DNA of 64,000 nucleotides from Rhizodiscina lignyota (Eukaryota): NCBI GenBank assembly GCA_010015805.1, contig ML978122.1, positions 2,018,453 to 2,082,452 of the forward strand, read 5' to 3'. Shown piece by piece: positions 61,029 to 64,000 of this stretch (position 1 is its first letter; each line of letters starts with the position of its first letter). The notes under the pieces were generated by a model. It saw only the letters and a program-made list of their open reading frames with translations, ran no database searches and was not told where the DNA came from. The position numbers and the translations under genes were made by a program.

Positions 61029-63032
61029 ATGACTTCTCAGAACGATGGAAACACGGTCTTCCTGACCGAACAAGAAGTGGAGCGCATCCAGATCACCGTC
61101 AAGGACAAGTTAAAGAAATGTTCCGAACTTCGAGGCCATGCACGGGAAAGGAGAGACGCGAAAACCGCCATCAGCCAAGCGACCGCCGCGTCTCTCATGG
61201 CAGACATGGCAGGCACATCGGACCCTAACATAGCGCAGACGAAAGGTCGGGGAGGTACATTGCCGGTTCTTGTTGTAGGACAGCCTTATCCGCCATGTGT
61301 CGTCTCGCTCCAGGATTTAGAGCCGATGAAACTGGCCGATCTCCTTATGGATACTCATCATCGTGGCCGGCAGCTCACTGTCAAACGAGCGAGCCCAGTG
61401 GTTACGCTTGCGGCGAGGTCATGGACCATGGTGCAGGACAAAGTGGGAGAGGAGATAGAGCGCTTGGAGGTATGCCTGCACACATCAAGACAAGGCGAGG
61501 ATGTACTGCAATCAGCATCTGTTTTTGTGATCAAGGAACCTTACTTCACCCTCACCGATCAGGGAGAAGCTACTCTTCGGATCGACCACCCTTCAGATTT
61601 GATTGCTTGTTGGAATGAGATTGCCAATAGTGGTCTAACTTCGGCTAGCGAAAAGGGTGATCATGGTGAAGGCGAGGTAGCAGCGGAGAAGGTTGCGAGG
61701 TCTTTCAAAGTCGATGGCGATACCCTGCTCAAACAGAACGATCTTCCGATAGCTCACGCAAAATATACTGAAAGCCTGAAGGCTGCCAGACAAGAGATTG
61801 TTTCTAATGCTAACCCCGATCTGGCCCGAGACATTTCTCGCAGCCGCACTCATGTCAACTTCCTTCTGGATCAAGTGGATGAAGCAAAGGCTGATGCAGA
61901 AGCCTCTCTCACTAGCAGACAAGATCAACGGTCGAAAGAGCTTGATAGCAAGGCATACTTCTCTGCCGGGTGTGCTGCGTACAAGCTTGGCGAATACCAG
62001 GATGCAAAAGATTCCTTCGAAAAGCAACTCAAGCTTGTACCAGGGGACAAAGACGCAAATACTAAGCTGCGAAAGATAGAGATGCGCCTCCGTGAACAAG
62101 AGATAGGAACATATGATGTGACAAAGATCAGAGCCGGCCTGTCTCGAGCTCGTCCACGGGTTGACGCTGCAAGTTTCATCAAGATGACCAAGCTCGGAGA
62201 TAGCCCAGGAAGAGGACGTGGCCTGTTTGCAATGCACAACGTATCCCCTAGGGATATAATCATGTGCGAGAAAGCTTTCTGTGTTGTTTGGGGCCATGAA
62301 AGAGAAGCCTGGACAGCGATGACATACGACGTGCGTGACGACAGAATCAGGGTATCACCAGTTGGATTGAGCAAATCGATCGTGCATAAACTTCTCAACA
62401 ATCCTTCGCAGCTCAGAAAGGTGATAGACCTCTACGGCGATTACCAAGGCGACGGCGAAAGCGTGTTCATGACTGAAGAGGGTCCAGTCGTTGACACCTT
62501 TCGAATACACGACATCATGTCCCGCAACGCCTTTGACGCGGGCAAACAGTATGAAGAAGAAGGTTCAAGCAACGCTAGCACCGGCCTCTGGGTCTGGACC
62601 TCTTATATCAATCACTCTTGCATCCCTAACGCTAAAAGAGAATACATCGGCGACCTGATGTTACTCCGCGCCACTCGACCCATCCTTGCGGGCGAAGAGG
62701 TCTTCATCACCTACGACGAGTCGAGTGACTACGATGCAAGGAAGACAGCTTTGATGAACACATGGGGCTTCGAATGCAACTGTGCGCTCTGCACTGCGGA
62801 GAGATCCGACGATCCAGCTGCGCGAAAGAAGCGGCAAGAGCTGGCGACCGATGCCGATGCGTTTTTAGAAAGGGAGCATTGGGCCAATGCAAAGAGGCTC
62901 ACGATCGTGAGAGCGCAGCGTCTTGCGCAGGCTATCGATGACACGTATGATGAGGAGAGATACAAGGGCTTGCCTCGTGTAGCAACACAGAGAATTAAGG
63001 ACTGGCTGGCCAAAGCAAGTCCACGGCGATAG
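61029..63032 (+). CDS. TPR + SET domain protein (putative lysine methyltransferase)
   Basis: TPR-like helices (KAYFSAGCAAYKLGEYQDAKDSFEKQLKLVPGD); SET motifs GRGRGLFA, INHSCIPN and GEEVFITY; post-SET WGFECNCALC. Single 667-aa exon. Confidence 0.9.
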   Translation: MTSQNDGNTVFLTEQEVERIQITVKDKLKKCSELRGHARERRDAKTAISQATAASLMADMAGTSDPNIAQTKGRGGTLPVLVVGQPYPPCVVSLQDLEPMKLADLLMDTHHRGRQLTVKRASPVVTLAARSWTMVQDKVGEEIERLEVCLHTSRQGEDVLQSASVFVIKEPYFTLTDQGEATLRIDHPSDLIACWNEIANSGLTSASEKGDHGEGEVAAEKVARSFKVDGDTLLKQNDLPIAHAKYTESLKAARQEIVSNANPDLARDISRSRTHVNFLLDQVDEAKADAEASLTSRQDQRSKELDSKAYFSAGCAAYKLGEYQDAKDSFEKQLKLVPGDKDANTKLRKIEMRLREQEIGTYDVTKIRAGLSRARPRVDAASFIKMTKLGDSPGRGRGLFAMHNVSPRDIIMCEKAFCVVWGHEREAWTAMTYDVRDDRIRVSPVGLSKSIVHKLLNNPSQLRKVIDLYGDYQGDGESVFMTEEGPVVDTFRIHDIMSRNAFDAGKQYEEEGSSNASTGLWVWTSYINHSCIPNAKREYIGDLMLLRATRPILAGEEVFITYDESSDYDARKTALMNTWGFECNCALCTAERSDDPAARKKRQELATDADAFLEREHWANAKRLTIVRAQRLAQAIDDTYDEERYKGLPRVATQRIKDWLAKASPRR

Positions 63033-63264
63033 ATCTGACACTCACAGAGCCATGTAGTATACACGCACCCTGCGCAGAGAGAACAGCAGCTATTGGTTGA
63101 ACCAAATTGGCGTTTTTAAAGTGGGGAATATAACTATGCACTAGCCTAGATTAGAGTAGGGCGGCGCTGACTCTCGCCCTTGTCGCATGCCGTCCAGTCC
63201 TTCATAATTCTGTCACACATCTCCAGAGAGCAGCGACTACTTGAAATGTTTCTATCAAAGTACC

Positions 63265-64000
63265 ATGCCGGACACACGCCTATCACCGTTACCTAGCCTC
63301 GAACTCCCGCGACGAAAAGTTTTGAGACAAAATAATGCCGTCGCAGCCCCTAGCGATGCATCGTTCATAGCACGATTTGGACATGCTTATCCCAAGCCGC
63401 AGTATCTCGATTCTGACCTTGGGACCACAGCTCTGTACGAGATTCCTCCTCCGTCGAGGCAATCAAAACGTCAAATTTTGATCATTCACGGAATATGCAC
63501 GCCTGCGCTTGGAATGCTGCCTCTCACAAAAGAGCTGCAGGCTTTGGATCCAGATGCTCACATTGTCCTTTTCGATCTTTGGGGTCATGGTCTCTCTTCC
63601 ACGCCTCTTGTGGCACATACACCACACATTTTCCACTTTCAGATCTTTCAAGTACTAGGGTTCATGCAGTGGACAAGTGCGCATATTATTGGATACTCTT
63701 TCGGCGCATCGACAGCGATAAGATTTGCGATTCACAATCCTTGGGCTGCATTGTCCGTGGCACTACTTGCACCTGCTGGCCTGTTGCGCAAGGAGGAATT
63801 CAGTCAGCAGATGCAAGAGCTCTTGGAGGACTCGAAGCGAAGAGAGACTGAAGCGGCAGATTGTGTGTTATCCTACCTTGAGGGTGGTCCACTCGTCGTC
63901 CCAACGGATTGGCGAGAACGAGTCAACTCTGGTGAAATCGTCGCTGAAGCACTCCGGGAATGGGAGCTGCAGGAGCATTCCGGCTACCCCTACAGCGTTC
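63265..64000 (+). CDS. Alpha/beta hydrolase, truncated by the right edge
   Basis: The ATG at 63265 opens a frame with LIIHGICTP, FDLWGHGLSSTP and the nucleophile elbow GYSFG, open to the window end. Confidence 0.85.
   Translation, partial: MPDTRLSPLPSLELPRRKVLRQNNAVAAPSDASFIARFGHAYPKPQYLDSDLGTTALYEIPPPSRQSKRQILIIHGICTPALGMLPLTKELQALDPDAHIVLFDLWGHGLSSTPLVAHTPHIFHFQIFQVLGFMQWTSAHIIGYSFGASTAIRFAIHNPWAALSVALLAPAGLLRKEEFSQQMQELLEDSKRRETEAADCVLSYLEGGPLVVPTDWRERVNSGEIVAEALREWELQEHSGYPYSV

Overview
Gene-dense, intron-containing genomic DNA from a filamentous ascomycete (Pezizomycotina; Dothideomycetes is a weak guess). The evidence is short GT-AG introns with CTRAC branch sites and fungal gene families. 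About 27 protein-coding loci are visible. Conserved housekeeping genes (Pof10-like F-box/WD, Asi3-like RING ligase, IDI1, PMC1, SEC1, ESF1, LCB3, DAD1, RHO4, GMF) are interrupted by accessory patches. These patches hold: (i) a secreted precursor built from twelve 8-aa Trp-rich repeats with Kex2-type KR sites, next to a Cys-rich gene relic, an FAD hydroxylase and an MFS transporter; (ii) a free-standing, decayed His-Cys box (homing-endonuclease type) nuclease fused to C2H2-like fingers; (iii) a frameshifted FAD monooxygenase with a Zn2Cys6 regulator and a SnoaL-like secreted protein; (iv) a ~713-codon gene whose C-terminal HicA-like domain lies behind a single in-frame TAG, followed by a TPR-SET gene. 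A cluster of strong hairpins near 18.25-18.45 kb is unexplained. I found no supportable rRNA, tRNA, CRISPR array or intact transposon. Family calls come from motif recognition by eye, not from database searches.
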